The notes: generated from the sequence alone by a model not told the origin. A DNA stretch of 64,000 bases from an uncultured delta proteobacterium (GCA_963814585.1 CAWFDF010000009.1:160001-224000); one strand, 5' to 3'; shown: positions 42,641 to 55,956, numbered from the stretch's first letter. A program made the numbers and translations.

Positions 42641-44388
42641 CGGCGGGTGAGCAGCCAGTTGCCCATCGCCAGCACGTCCATCCTGGTCTTCAGGTAGCAG
42701 TTGATGGCGTCGGTGGGCGAGGTGACGATCGGCTCGTGCTCGTTGAAGCTGGTGTTGAGCACCATGCCGACGCCGGTCTGCCGCTCGAACTCGGAGATGA
42801 GGGCGTGGTAGCGGGGGTTGGCGTGCGCGCTCACGGTCTGGAGCCGGCCGGTGTCGTCCACGTGGGTGATGGCCGGCACCCGGGCCCTCTGCTCGGCGCG
42901 GACCTTGTAGACCATGGTCATGAAGGGGGACGGCTCGGTGCGCTCGAACCAGGTCCCCACCCTCTCCTCGAGCACGCTGGGCGCGAAGGGGCGGTAGGTC
43001 TCGCGGTGCTTGATGCGGGTGTTGAGGATGTCCTTCATGTCGGACCGACGGGGATCGGCCACGATGGAGCGGTTGCCGAGCGCGCGCGGCCCCCACTCCT
43101 GGGCTCCCTGGAACCAGCCGACCACCTTGCCACCGGCGATGGCGCTGGCCACGCCGGAGAAGAGCTCGGCGTCGTCGACGCGCTTCACCTCGATGCTGGC
43201 GTCCCAGGTGGAGCCGCCCCTGGCACGCTCCACCGCCGCGCCACACGGCAGCGTCATCGAAGGCAGGACCGGTGTAGGCGTGCTCCATGACGTACTGGCG
43301 GGGGCGCCGGAGCACGGCGTGCTCGACCCAGAAGGCGGCGCCCACCGCCGTGCCGTCGTCGCCGGCGCGCCGGCTGGACGAAGACCTCCTTGAACGGCGT
43401 CTTGTCGAAGATCTTGCCGTTGGCGGCCGAGTTGAGCGCGCAGCCGCCCGCCAGCGCCAGCCGGTCGAGGCGGGTCCGGGCGTGCAGGTCGTTGAGGACG
43501 TGAAAGTAGATCTCCTCGAAGACCAGCTGGGCGCTGGCGGCCAGGTCGGCCCAGCGGCCGTAGAAGTCGGGATCTTCCGGGGAGCGCTCGGGGCCAAGCA
43601 GCTCGACCAGCTTCGGGGAGTAGACGCGCCCGAGGTGAGGGCTGCCTTCTGCCCAGGACATCTCGATGCCTTCGGTGGCGTGGAGGAAGTAGCTGGTGTC
43701 GAGCTCGTACCTCCCGCCGCTGGTCGGGCGGATGAGCTTGCGCAGCGGCTCGGCGTAGCGGGGCGTGCCGTACGGCGCCAGCCCCATCATCTTCCACTCC
43801 TCGCCGTACTTGAGGAAGCCGAGGTACTGCGTGACCGCGGTGTAGAAGAGCCCGAGCGAGTGGGGAAAGGCCACCTCGTCGATGGCCACGAGATCCCGGT
43901 CGCGCCCCACGGCGCGCTGCATGGAGACGAAGTCGCCGAAGCCGTCGATGGAGAGGCAGGCCGCCTCCTCGAACGGGGAGACGAAGAAGGCGCTGGCCAG
44001 GTGGGAGCGGTGGTGGCCGACCTGGTGGACTGTGGCCCCCAGGCTGGAGACGCCCAGGGCGCTGGCCAGGTCGGCGCGGGCGCCGCTCACCTTGCCGAGG
44101 TTGGCGAGGCGGCCCGCGACCTTGCCGAGGAGGCCGGGGCTGGCGAGGGCGTGGCGCGCCTTCCGCCAGAAGTGGGCGCGTGGGTCGCGCGAGATGGCGA
44201 CGTGGGCGAGGTCGGCGGGCTTCACGCCGGCCTGGACCAGCGCCTCCCTGCGCCGCCATGACCGGGAAGCCGGCGCAGTGCTTGTGGCGGTTGAGCCGCT
44301 CCTCCTCGATGGCGAAGGCCAGCCGGCCGTCCTTCACGAGCGCCACCGACGAGTCGGCGTGATAGGCGTTGAGTCCCAGGATCGTCAT
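42637..44388 (-). CDS. O-carbamoyltransferase (NodU/CmcH family), frameshifted
   Basis: EEERLNRHKH, HHRSH, IDGFGD, EWKMMGLAPYG, GPRALGNRSI, RETYRPFAPS, LNTSFN. Confidence 0.92.
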   Translation of the reverse strand: MTILGLNAYHADSSVALVKDGRLAFAIEEERLNRHKHCAGFPVMAAQGGAGPGRREARRPRPRRHLARPTRPLLAEGAPRPRQPRPPRQGRGPPRQPRQGERRPRRPGQRPGRLQPGGHSPPGRPPPLPPGQRLLRLPVRGGGLPLHRRLRRLRLHAARRGARPGSRGHRRGGLSPLARALLHRGHAVPRLPQVRRGVEDDGAGAVRHAPLRRAAAQAHPPDQRREVRARHQLLPPRHRRHRDVLGRRQPSPRARLLPEAGRAAWPRALPGRSRLLRPLGRPGRQRPAGLRGDLLSRPQRPARPDPPRPAGAGGRLRAQLGRQRQDLRQDAVQGGLRPAGAPATTARRWAPPSGSSTPCSGAPASTSWSTPTPVLPSMTLPCGAAVERARGGSTWDASIEVKRVDDAELFSGVASAIAGGKVVGWFQGAQEWGPRALGNRSIVADPRRSDMKDILNTRIKHRETYRPFAPSVLEERVGTWFERTEPSPFMTMVYKVRAEQRARVPAITHVDDTGRLQTVSAHANPRYHALISEFERQTGVGMVLNTSFNEHEPIVTSPTDAINCYLKTRMDVLAMGNWLLTRR

Positions 44389-46398
44389 CGGCGCGTCAGA
44401 GTAGTCGATTGCCTGGCCCGGGCCAACGCGCCGGACGGTGGTCGCGAAGAGAACTTACCTCCTCGCATCTCGCTGGTCGCAGTTTCCCCACTCAACTCTG
44501 AAGTGGACGCTATGACCTCAGAACGCGGGTCGGGCAGTCTTGACGGTTGCATGCCCAAACGTCCTATCAGAGAGGAGGCTCGCCTGGTTCGCCCGGTCGC
44601 CCACTTCAAGGTGTCGCGGGTGCCACGGTTCGCGGCATTCTCGCAGCGTCTGGCTTCGCCCAGACGCGAAAGAGCCGACGTCTTGATGCTCAGGCCACGG
44701 CGGTGGGTAGGTGGTCACGAGTGAAATTGCCTCTGCCTGTCCGCTGTCGAGACCTTTCGGACCTATCACCTCCTGGAGCACGGCGAAAAGGCGTGCCTCG
44801 GAGACGTCGCCGTCAGCAAGCACATAGAAGATGGGCGATGGCGCTCTCACTTGCCGCACTTGCAGCCACCTACCAAGGTCCCCCTGTCTTATGTGGTTCT
44901 CGGCGCTGGTGAGCGCTGGGGCAACGACCTCCGCACTTCTGGCCTCCAAGCGGAATACCGTTCGCAGGCATCGCTCCACGCCCAGAGGTCGTGCCCACGA
45001 GTCTTCTCTTCGACGTCGACCACCATTGGACGGAGACGCCCCTGCCCATCCAGGTAGTACTGGGCGAAGGAGGCGTTCCAGCTATTGGGCCTTGTTAGAG
45101 ATTGACTCTGAGACCATTGGCGAGTGCCGTAACCGCCAATGGCGATGAACGCGAGGAGGATGGTCGCGATCTTCGCAACAGGATGGTGTGGACGTGACTG
45201 AACGAGCAGAGCCCGATGACTCGACCGCTAGCCACGCGGCACCGAGAAGCAAGAATGGGATGATGTCAGTTGACCTTCGAAGCCCAGTGTCGGAGCCGTT
45301 CCAGGAGAATCCCGGACGGCAGTCCAGACTGTCCAATGCACGAGGACCGAATCCTAGCGGAATAGCTACGCCGCGCCGAATCCAAAGCACAGATAGACCG
45401 ACGAGACCTCCCACCAAGGCCCAAGGAGAAAGGGCCATCTCGGCAACGCGCATCCATTCCTGCTCGACCGAGAGCTGACACAAGGTAGCTCTTTGGCGTT
45501 GCCCCCCCCATTCGCGCATAATTGAACACAGAGGACGTCGAATCGACACGTGCAAGCACTGTAACCGATGCGCCAGGAAGCAGTGTAACCAATAGGAAGG
45601 CCGCGTAGCGCGCGACCACTGCGAGGCGCGCCCGCGCATCAAGACGCCGCAGAATCGCCAAGGCCAGTATGGTTGCGGCCGGCAGCAATAGGATATTGGT
45701 CCAATGGGCGTAAAGCGCGACCCCTTGGGCCAACAGTGCACCGAAACGTGCCTCGCGAACTTCTCGGGTTGCACCACTTCCGAGGAGGGTGTTCCATCGG
45801 ATGGTCGCGGCTGCCGCCAGGACCAAAGAACAGTACGCCGAGGTTGTGCACACCCCACGGCGAAAACGTCATGCGAGTAGAGGTTTATCGATAGCAATGC
45901 GGCCGGAAGGAGGGCCGAGATGGTCAGTGACGGATCCTCCTTGGTCACACGGCAAGCGAGCGCTGTCACGCCTCCAAGCAGGCACAACGCCACAATCGTC
46001 CAGACGCTCGCCGCGATGCTCAAGAACAGGAAGTCCTGATAGGCATCGCCCTGCGACGCAGAGTGCAGCCACGCTATCGCAAGTGAAACGGTGGTGAACA
46101 AGTGGACTGGCGCAAGGACGACGGGCTTCAGGAGTACGGCGATTGTCGAACGGTTATCACGCTGCAGCGCCTCATGAATGGCCTCGTTGGGGCGGGGGAC
46201 AGGTAGCACGCGGTCGCAGGACCTGAGGTCCCTAACCCACTGCGCGAAGGTTGCCTGGTCGATACGTGGGTCGAGGTTGCGGAAGGATTGAACTCGGCTC
46301 TCCGTGGCCCACACAAGCAGGCTCAGCAGACCGCCGGCCGCCAAGGCTGCGGCGGCAGTCCTTCTGGTCCACTGTCGCCAGCTGAGGCCACTCTTCAC
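44385..46398 (-). CDS. Fragmented multi-pass membrane protein of the polysaccharide locus
   Basis: Hydrophobic fragments in alternating frames (45266-45853, 45082-46398, 44518-44979); function and limits unclear. Confidence 0.35.
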
Positions 46399-46607
46399 TT
46401 CGGTCTTCCTCGAGACCTGCCAAGCTAGGGCCCGCCATCCAGGGAGCGGTCAGTTCGGTATATGGGGCATCTCACTCGCCGTTCGTGTCCGACAGTGAAC
46501 CTGAGATGATTCGGGTCGTCCAATCGAGCGGGCTCCGTGGCCGCTGCTGCATATGGAGTTCGACAGCTTGTGCATATAGCGCTCGCGAGGCGATCACGCA
46601 GGCCCCT

Positions 46608-47451
46608 TCAAAGCGAAACGAGACTCTCAGCGTTTCTCTTCGTCGCGTGGTAGACACCGTCGTTTAGCGCCGCTCTCTCGCACCTGAGCTGGAAGCCCTT
46701 TTGCTCCAAGCTCTTCAGCAGGGCGTCCTTGTCTCCGTCCTGATAGTGGAGTTCGAAGGCGAGCTGCCGCGTCCGACCGAGGAGTTGGGAGCCGCTGGAG
46801 AAGAGCGCGTACTCGCCTCCCTCCACATCGCACTTCAGGAACGCGATCTCGCCCTGCCCGACCTTCTCGAGGATGTCTCCCTCGGAAGCCCTCCTGGTGC
46901 CCACGGGCGAGTCCTGCTGCACCGTATCAACCACCCGGCCTGCGGGCTCCCCAACAAAGGCCGATATCAGCGTACACTGCCCTTCCCATCCATTGAGGCT
47001 CAATTGGGCATTGAGGAGTTTGTTGAACCGGACGTCGGGTTCAACGGCTACTACCTTGACGTTCGGCCCATGCGCCAACGCCAGGATGGTGAAGTTCCCC
47101 ATGTTGGCTCCAAGATCGACGACAGTATCCCCATCCCGAATCGTGAGATCCTCGCCAAAGGTAGACGTCTCGGCACCAGATCTCGCGTATGCCGCCCATC
47201 ACGTGAGGCCCGAACAGCATCGCCGTAGCATTGCCCCGAGTGCAGCGAAATGGACCGGGGCCCATGGCCTCATCTACCACCTGAAGGTTGCCTGACCTGA
47301 GCACCTGCGGCAGGTTCGACACGATGAGCCCCAACCAGCGAAGGCTCACGGCGGGACCGCAGACCCGAGTCAGCCTGGCGAAATCCTGGTAGACGTCCCG
47401 GATCCGGGTGAAGTGAGTCAGGTACCGGCGCGTATCTATCGGCGATGGCAT
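46608..47451 (-). CDS. FkbM family methyltransferase, frameshift near 47150
   Basis: EIWCRDVY, VVDLGANMGNF, VVAVEPD, FLKCDVEGGEY, FELH. Confidence 0.85.
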
Positions 47452-47594
47452 GACGAGAAGGCTGCTTGTGGTCGGGTGGCGGTTATGACCCAGCCTAACT
47501 CCTACCTCCGTGTTCCACTAGAGGGTAGAGTGCGGGTCCCTCGCCGAACGGGATGATTGCAGCGTCGCGGACCAGAGCAGGCAATTCGAGCCGC

Positions 47595-48480
47595 ATGATT
47601 GTATCCATTATTTGCCCTGTTGACCGTCACGCCCTCGAAGAGGCCGCGGCCGGTCTCTGCTGCGGGCTTTGTGGTCGGACGTTCCCCATTCAGAATGGCG
47701 TGATTTGCACACTCGGGCGCCTCGATGACTTCTACGAGGGTGCCTATGAGAGCGAGACGCGGTTCCTGCCGCGGAGCGAGCGGCCGTGGCACGTCTGGCC
47801 ACTCTGGCTCATCAACAGCGGCTACCTGTGGACGGTGCGCCGCTTCGTCCCGCAGGGCGCAACCGTCGTGGAGTTGGGGTGCGCAGCGGGCGTGCGGTAC
47901 TTCGGCCAGCGCTATCGAATGGTCGGCTGCGACCTGTCCTTGTCCTCTCTCGCGAGGTTGCAGGACTATGAGTGCAGAGTCCAGGCGGACGCGAAGGTCT
48001 GCATCCCCCTGCCGTCCAACTCCGTTGATGCGGTCATCAGCTCCTACTTCTGGGAACACATCCCTCCGGAGGCCAAGCCTCTGGTCCTCTCTGAGGCAAA
48101 GCGGATTCTGCGTCCCGGTGGAAAGGTCATCTTCCTGTATGACGTAAAGACTCAGAATCCGCTCATCAAGAAGTACCAGGAACAGGATCCTGACCAGTAC
48201 GATTGGCTTTCATCGCGGGTGACGGGCATCTCGGATACCAGCTTCCCGGCGAGAATCTCTATGCATTCGAGGAGGCGGGCTTTCAGGTGGTTCTGCACCG
48301 CGGCCTTGAAAAGACCTGGCTCCAATCGCCCTCGGCCTATACCAAGCTGGCGCAGTTCGGGCCTCGTGAGGCCAGGTTCTTTGGATGGCTATCGCGACGG
48401 GGCAGCCGCCAATCTATTATTTCTATACTGCGCTGATGCGGCTGATTGATGCTCTCATCTGTCCTTGGCTCCCGATGGAG
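47595..48480 (+). CDS. Class I SAM methyltransferase with N-terminal CxxD/CxxC knuckle, frameshifted
   Basis: ICPVD..CGLCGRTFP, VELGCAAG, FWEHIP, RILRPGG; end approximate. Confidence 0.72.
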
Positions 48481-48591
48481 TGGGCAAGGATCTGTTTGGT
48501 GGTTTGCAGGAAGGCGGACGGGTGACTCTCGACCCGCTCCGCTCCCGGGAGATTCCCCACTCGCCTTCAGGTGCTTCGGCGCCGGCCCTAG

Positions 48592-49277
48592 ATGCGGATG
48601 AGGGGGGGGCCAGTTCCAGCTCCCGCAGGCCTGCTCTACCGAAACTCTGGAAACCCCGACGCGCTGGCCCTCCTTCCTCCTTCGGCGCATCGGGTTCTCG
48701 ACGTTGGGTGTGGCGCGGGAGACAACGCTCGGCTGATGAAGGCAAGTGGAAGGACGGTCACCGGGGTGACGTGGTCCGCAACTGAGGCGGACTCGCGCGC
48801 CCTCATCTCGCCCAGGTGCTGGTCGCCGATCTCGAGGCGGGTGATCTTCCCTTGCCAGAGCGCAGCTTCGATGCACTCCTGCTCTCTCACCGTGATTGAG
48901 CACGTGCGGGAGCCCGCCGCGTTGCTGAATCGGCTCGCGCCCCTGCTGAACCCGGCCGGCATCCTGGTGGTGGCGGTGCCCAACATGGCGCCTGGAGATC
49001 TTCGCGTTCGTTTCGCCCGCGGGGACTGGAGTCGCGAGGACTCGGGCCCACTCGACCGGCACCCATCTCCAGTTCTGGAGCTTCGTGACGGCGCACGGAA
49101 ATTCCGGCCGGCACCCCGTTCGGCTGCGCGTCTCGAAGCGGTGGGGCTGAGCGTCCCCTTGTGGCCGCTGCGTCGCTTGGCTCCGTCCTTTGCCGCTGGT
49201 TGATGTTCGTCGGGCCAGTGGTGGTGTCCGAATCTTTTCACCGGTCAGGTCCTGGTCACGGCTCAGTTGGGCCGTGA
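48592..49277 (+). CDS. Class I SAM methyltransferase, frameshifted
   Basis: RVLDVGCGAG, VIEHVREP, VAVPN, GPLDRH. Confidence 0.72.
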
Positions 49278-50625
49278 GCGAATCTGGGAAGGTTCTGGTT
49301 CGACCGTGCGCTTCCCTCTCCTGTCCTTCTCGCTCGGCGCCCGGCGCTCCGCTCGTCGGCCTGGTCGATCGTCTCATCGGGGCTGGCCTCGCGTAGCTGG
49401 CCCGGCTGACGGGCGTCATCCTCGCGCGGTCGCTGGGTCCGAGCTTCGCGGGGAGTTTGCGGCGCTCGTCTCGTGGATTGGGAATTCCTTGGGACGCTGT
49501 CGGATCTGGGACTTGGGTTAGCGCTCTCCTACTTGCTGGGAAGTCTCCCGACCGAGCGAACGTCTTCGTGAGCCAGGCGGCGGTGACCACCTTCCTGTTG
49601 CGCGGCAGTTGCCCTTGCGGGCGGGGTCGTGGCCTTTCTTCCGTCGTTGCGGGCCTTCGCGGGGTGAGGTCGTGCGCGGTCTGGATTGGGCTGTCGGTGC
49701 TGATGACCGGGAGCCTGGGCGGCATGGTGAGCTCCTTCTTTCTTGGGACGGGCCGGGTCATGTCGTCAATTCGCTCAATCTCGTCTCCCGTGGCTTGGCG
49801 CTCGCGGTCGTCACCTTTGGGCGGGTGGCGCGAGAGCGCCGGAGCCATACGCGTTCGCCTACGCCCTTACCCAGGCCGTCGGCTTCGCCGTGTCGCTCTG
49901 GGCGGGCCTGCACGTTGGGCATCTTCGGTGGCGGTGGTCGAGGGAGGGCTGGGGCCCGATGCTGGTTACGGCGTGAAGACCCAGGTCGCGTCCTTGGCCG
50001 CTCAGAGCAACCTGCGGCTCGATCAGGCTCTGATGTCGCCTCGTCGCGCCGGCCGACCTCGGCCTCTACGTCGTCGCGGTGGCGACGAGGTCGATGGTCG
50101 GGCCCAGTCTACTGCCGGCCTCAACGTCGCGCTGACGCCGGCAGTCATCGGGGCCCTCAGCCCGCGGAGCGGGGCGCTGCGAGCGATGCGGGCGCTGGCG
50201 CTCGGAGTGGTGGTGGCGGTGGGGCGGCGCTCGTCCTGTCGGTTGCGGGCGCGTGGCTCTTGCCGGCACTGTTCGGCTCCCTTTCCAGGGCGCGGTAGGG
50301 AATGGCGAAGGATTCTCCTGCCGCCTCGGTCTTCCAGGGTGCAAACCTCCTGTCGGCCACGGCGTTGCGGGGGATGAACCGTCCCGGTGCACCTGCGGTC
50401 GCCGAGGGGCCGGCGCGCTCGTGACAGTTGGCCTGTTTGTTGCTCTCCTTCCGGGGCTTGGAGGGACGGGCGCCGCGGTTGCTTCGCTGGTGAGCTATGG
50501 GGTCGTGGCGGTGATCGAGACGTCCATGGTTGGAGGTCCGGTTCTCTGCGACTTGCGGATGTCACCACGGAGCTTAAGGGCATCATCCCTACGCTGAAGC
50601 CGCGATGGAGCCGAGCCCCACATGA
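49274..50625 (+). CDS. Wzx-like flippase, heavily frameshifted
   Basis: Fragments ILARSLGPELRGEFA, YGVKTQV..NLRLDQ, LGLYVVA, LLPALFG and many hydrophobic segments. Confidence 0.6.
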
Positions 50626-51620
50626 GCGACCCGAGCGTGTCGGTCTTCCTGACGGCCTACAGCCGCGGACGGAAAATCGGTCGCACCATCGAGTCACTTC
50701 TCGGGCAGGACTTCGGCGACTTCGAGCTGATTATCAGCGACGACGCGTCTCCGGACGACACGGAGGCGGTCTGCCCGGACTGAGCGTCTCGATGGCGCGT
50801 CCGGTATTCCGGAACGACCGCAATCTCGGGATGCCGGGGAACCTGAACGCGGGGCTTCGTCGGTGCCCGCGTCCCTCGTGGCGAACCTTCACGACGGTGA
50901 CGTCTATCGGAAGGATTTCCTCCGCCAGTGGAAGACCGCGTTGGACGGGAACTCGGACGCGGCCTTCGCCTTCTGCCGGCTTTCTCACCTGGAGGGCGGG
51001 ACCGCCTATCGTCCATCCGGACCCCCGAACGGCTCGAGCGCGACGAGCTTCTCCGGTACATGCTCTCGATTAGAGCCGCTTCGGCAGCCCGGTGTGGGGG
51101 ACGGTCATGGGTCGCCGCGCGGTTGACGAGTCGGTCGGCTGGTTCGACGAGCGCTTCTCCTGGTACTCCGACGTTTGGATGTGGATGCGGCTCAATCACT
51201 CGTATCCGGTGATTTACGTTCGGGAGCCGCTCATCTGCCTCTTGCCGCACGAGGCTGACAGGCCGTACTCGACGCTGAACTGGTGGCACGAGCGGATTAT
51301 CATGACCATGTACGAGGACGCCGTGGACCTTCTTCACGCGGGGGACGCCGCTCGATCGCGCGGGAGCGGCGAAGACTGCGACGTATTCGGGATCGGCGGT
51401 GGTATCGCGGCGTTCGGGTAGGCCGTTCGTCGAGGTTTCGGACCGTGCTCGGGAGGGACTTGCGGTCTGTCGGTCGGAGGACAGTTTTCGCCTCCAGGTC
51501 GCGGCTCGACTCGGCGTCCCGGCACTTTGGCTGGCTACGTTCCTGCTTTCCGTCGGGTCGTTCGGCTTGCGGGAGACGTCTGGCGTGGGCGGTGGGACTG
51601 AGCTGTGCGGGGAGTCGTGA
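50622..51620 (+). CDS. GT2 glycosyltransferase, frameshifted
   Basis: PSVSVFLTAY, IESLLGQDFGDFELIISDDASPDDT, NLGMPGNLN, LHDGD, FDERFSWYSD. Confidence 0.8.
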
Positions 51621-51625
51621 GGGAT

Positions 51626-53051
51626 TCACTGCGGGGTCGGCGCAGCCTGCCCCGATCGCCTGTTACCGCACCGCGTTCCCAACTTCAGCAGGACCACGAA
51701 GACGGCGGCTCGGGAGATGAAGCCGACGAATCCGGAGCCCCACTCGCTTTCCATCTTTCCGGGTCCACCGAGGAGCAGATTGAGGTAGAGCAGCATCCGT
51801 ATGGGGCTGTTCGCGGATTCCACGCTCGCCAGCTTCCAGAGCCATCCGAAGAGCAGGCCGGACGCCAGCATCCCGAGGATGACGCCGGGACACCAAAGTT
51901 CCATAGCAATTCGCCGACGGCGGTCTGTCCGACGGAGGTGGTGGCGTCGTCGATGATGGAGGATCGTCCCACGTACGCGTCGAACCACGCGCCTCGGCTC
52001 GTGACGGGCTTGTCGGCCCAGATGGCCGGGGGACGAACGCATAGAGGAGGTAATCCATCGTCTCTCCGTGACGCAGCCCGAAGTCCCTGACCTGCGAGAC
52101 GAGGAAGCCGACGGAGTTGGACGAAGACCCGGTCGACGAAATAATCTGCCGTCCGACTCCAGTCGGCGCTGTCCCGGGATGCCTGGTCCTGCGCCGCAGT
52201 ATGCTCTCAGCGAGTAGCCGCCCTGCCTCTGTTGTGTCGCCGGACCTCCGGGCCGCTGAGACCAGCGGGTACACGATGGCCCCGTACAGGACCGCGAAGG
52301 CCGCGATGAAGACCGCCACGTTTCGCACGGGTCGCCGTGATCGGAGCGCCAGCCAGGCGATCGGGAGCAGGGCGAGCATCGCGACGCCCTTGGAGTTTCC
52401 CAGGAGGCCGGCCACGAACTCGATCGCGCTACCCGCGAGCAGGAGGAGCCACGACCGTTTCGGCAGCGCCGACCCGACTCTTCCCGGATGGCGATCCAAA
52501 AGGGCGGCGAGGACGCCGTAACAGAACGCCGAGGGCGCTCCCATCCAGGAAAGCGAGGCTCGCAGGGCGCGTGAGGATGCCAGCCAGCCACAGCGCCCGT
52601 ATTTGACTTCGGGAAGGTGCATCGGCGGAGGCTGTTCTGGGCGAGGCACCGGGCGGAGGCTCGTGACCCGCAAGGTGGAAGGCCAACAGGCCAAGTATGT
52701 AAATGGCGTAGCCCGAGGCCACGTCATCCGAGGAGACCATGGCGATGGAGAAGTGGAAGAGCTTTGTTCCACTCTGCACGTCGAGGGCCTTTCTCAATCC
52801 GGCGAGTCCGAGGATCATCCACTGCCAGGCGAAGAGGTAGCCGAGCGGTCCCAGGACGAGCGGCGTGAGTCGCATCTCGAGGACGACGACGATCGGGTAC
52901 CTGCCAGACTAGCGCCATGGCTCCGAAAAGCAGCGTGGACCTGGATTGTCCCCGAGCCAGGTTGCTGAGCATCACCGGTCCGACTATCAAGATGCGAACA
53001 AGGAGTGGCGCCCATCGGCTCCTGGACGCCGAACTGGAAGCCTGCCATCAT
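51626..53051 (-). CDS. Putative Wzy-type polymerase (multi-pass membrane protein), frameshifted
   Basis: Hydrophobic fragments, NSKG..L, FVPR, VGELLWNFG..GVILGM pattern; context. Confidence 0.5.
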
Positions 53052-53200
53052 GCTCGGCGGGTGCGGATGAGAGAGCGGCGAGGTGCTGCGACCCGCTGGC
53101 TCGACTCACGCTCTTCACGGCGAGCCGATACCCGGCAAGGCGTGGTCATAGCGCGGGTGAACGCTGCGAAGGCGCCTCCAGTGCGTTATAGGATCTGCGG

Positions 53201-54183
53201 TCATGATTCGTCGAGCAAATTGAACATTTCTCGATGCGGTGGCGGTAGGTGTGGTCTGCGAGCGCCCGGCGGCGCCGGCCGCCCGACCCGACCTTCCATG
53301 CGAACGGGATCCCGCGCGCCCGCGCTGAGGTGATCCAGCAACTCCTCGAAACGTCGAGAACGTGAGCACCTCTTGCCAGGCTCGAAGCAGTCCTGGATGG
53401 CGGGCCTGAATTCTATCAACTGTAGTGCCGCCCGCTCCTGCGATCTCGAAGGCCCGGCAGTTGAGGGCATTTTCCCTCCGCCAGGGGAATGTATTCAGGC
53501 ACGCGAGCGCCTCACCGAAGACCCGGCTCTTTTCTTCCCGGACGACGTACTTTCCGGTGTGCGCTCGGCGATAGCCGGGTTCGACCAGTCGGCGGGCGGG
53601 ATCCGTAGAGGGCGAGAGCAACGCCGTTTTCCATGAGTCGAACACAGATGGCCTGCCTGTAAGCGTATGAGTTTCCGACGACGGCGAGGCTGTCGTTGGC
53701 CTGCTTGCCACTGGCCTGTGCCATGTTGGGTTCATGGCCTCGTGCATCAGGTGTGCATTGCGCCCCGCCATGCGCAGTTTCGCAACAGCTTCGGCGTCCT
53801 TGGCCAACACGACATCCCATCCTGGGTCCAGCATGCCCCACCGGATGCTATTCGCGGGCGGGTCACCCCACCAAAGGATGCGCCTTGGACCACTGTATTC
53901 TTGAGTTCCTCCAGCACCATCGGATGAAGCCCGCGGGTAAGGGAAAGAACGACCTGGGGCCGAAGGCCGCGGCCAGTTCGAGGACTCTTCTGTCCTCCCG
54001 TGTCGGCGTATCCCCCCAGAGGCGCGCCTCGATGGTCCGAAGAGCCATTCTCGGCAACGAGTAGTAGTCGTCATGCCTCACACGGACCGCAGACTGGACT
54101 TCATGCCCCATGGCCTTCAGCGTCAGGGCGACATTCTCCGAGAAGGAGTCTTCGTAGTTGGGGGTTGCCACCAGGATCTTCAT
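53201..54183 (-). CDS. CgeB-like glycosyltransferase (Glyco_trans_1_2), frameshifted
   Basis: MKILVATPNYEDSF, LWWGDPP, HEAMNPTWH, LNCRAFEIAGAGG, FEPG. Confidence 0.68.
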
Positions 54184-54354
54184 GCTGCCGCTCCGCTCCT
54201 TCCTCACCAACCTGCCCGCCAACTATGCCTGAGACCCGCCATGGTTCCTTCTCTGGTGGGCCCATGCAACCCTCATCCGAGATCGCGCTCGCGCCCTATC
54301 TTCGAAAGTGGGCTTCCTCCTTGGCCCTGCGCATGCTGCAGAAGCTGCTATTGC

Positions 54355-55527
54355 CTACGGACCATCGTCTTGAGCGCTCTCGCTATACCCGTCGACCGAC
54401 GCGGCAAGCCCTCTGCTCCTTCCAATTGCCAGAGACTTGCTGCCGAATGCCTCGCGGCGCTGCGAGTCCATTAGGAGCCGAATGGCATCTCGGAGTTCCC
54501 CGATGTTGCCAAAGGGATACTCCACGCCATTCTCACCCGGACGAACGTCATCAGTCGGTCCCACGCTCCCTACGCGATCCGAGACAATTACCGGAAGTCC
54601 GCAGAACACCGCTTCGGAAGTAGCCAGCGGATGTGCATCCTCAGCGGATGGATGAAGGAGAATGTCAGAAGCTACGTAGAACGCTGGCAGGCGATTGACG
54701 CGCACGAATCCGGGGAAGTGAACTCTGCCTGCAAGCTCATGGTTGGCGAGGGCTTGGAGAGTCGCCTGCTCAGCACCCGCCCCAGCAAACACCAGCTGCA
54801 AGTCCGGCGAGCCGCTTCCCACAAGCCCGGCAAGCGCTTCTATGGCGTGCCTTGGTGCCTTCTTGGCCGTCAGTTTGCTCACCACCAGGACAACCAGCGC
54901 ATTCAGGGATATCCCAAGGGAATCTCGAATCTCCTTCCTGAGCTGTCCCCTTCTCTGAATCGCCTCAGTCAGGCTGTCCTCGTCAACCGGTAATGGCGAA
55001 CGGAACAGCTTGCGCCTCGGAGCGCCATAGTGTCGATAGTAGGCCTCGTTGGAGTCGCCGACTGTGAGGCACGCATCCACCAGAGCCAGTGCTGGCGGTA
55101 CCGTGAGCACCTTCCGCAGTCTGTGGCTCCGAGTTCGAGGCGTTCGGAGCGTGCTGTCGGAAACAAGCAAGGAGCACCTGCGCCGCCAAAGGGCCCACAG
55201 GAGCGAACGCCTCGATAGTCCGTGGTAGAAGCCGTAGAATTGCACGGCGTCCGGATCAAACACCTCCAAGCGGGCGCCCAGTTCTATAGCGTCAATCGGT
55301 CCAGCCAGCTTCTTGCCGGCAGCGCCTGGCAAGAACTCGCTTTGGAATCCATCGAGTAGGTTCCTTGACCATTGAATGTGCTGGTTAAATCCCGGGTCGT
55401 AGTATCCGTCGACCCCGGCACGTGACGCAAAGAACACGCGGAGGTCGAGATTCGGCTCCGCAGCGAGCCGCCTGTAGAGTGGACAGAAGGTCTGTATCGG
55501 ATGGGAAACAACAATCGCCAGCTTCAT
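54355..55527 (-). CDS. GT4 glycosyltransferase
   Basis: MKLAIVVSHPIQ, FPGFV, EDAHPLATSEAVFCGLPVIVSDRVGS. Confidence 0.85.
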   Translation of the reverse strand: MKLAIVVSHPIQTFCPLYRRLAAEPNLDLRVFFASRAGVDGYYDPGFNQHIQWSRNLLDGFQSEFLPGAAGKKLAGPIDAIELGARLEVFDPDAVQFYGFYHGLSRRSLLWALWRRRCSLLVSDSTLRTPRTRSHRLRKVLTVPPALALVDACLTVGDSNEAYYRHYGAPRRKLFRSPLPVDEDSLTEAIQRRGQLRKEIRDSLGISLNALVVLVVSKLTAKKAPRHAIEALAGLVGSGSPDLQLVFAGAGAEQATLQALANHELAGRVHFPGFVRVNRLPAFYVASDILLHPSAEDAHPLATSEAVFCGLPVIVSDRVGSVGPTDDVRPGENGVEYPFGNIGELRDAIRLLMDSQRREAFGSKSLAIGRSRGLAASVDGYSESAQDDGP

Positions 55528-55956
55528 TGACTTGTCCCGCTGGGGAGCTTCCTGTTAGTCGGTCTAGCGCGATTGCGGAGGGTGCTGGCCTGGGCAACTC
55601 TCGGACACGTCAGGGGATCGTTCTGCCAATTCAGGCTGCGCGTCTCAGCGTTATAGACCTTTTCCGGTTCCTGGTCTTCGTGGGTCTCTGCTCTTGCTGC
55701 TTGAGATCGCACTTGCCGAGGGGCGCGGCTTCTTCAGCCGGCCTTTCCACCTTCTGGTTTGAATCGCCCGTTCGCCGGTCGGTGTGCTGGAGATGAGTGC
55801 GCGGCCGTGGAGAACCGATTCTGCAGCCTCGAGGGTTCATCGGCGAGTGCCCGTGGCCTGGCTAGGCGAGTAGGGTCGGGCACAGACGCACGCGGACATC
55901 GCGTTTCGCGGCCGAACTGTTGAACTCCTTTCTTCTCGCCACTACCATGCCCGCCA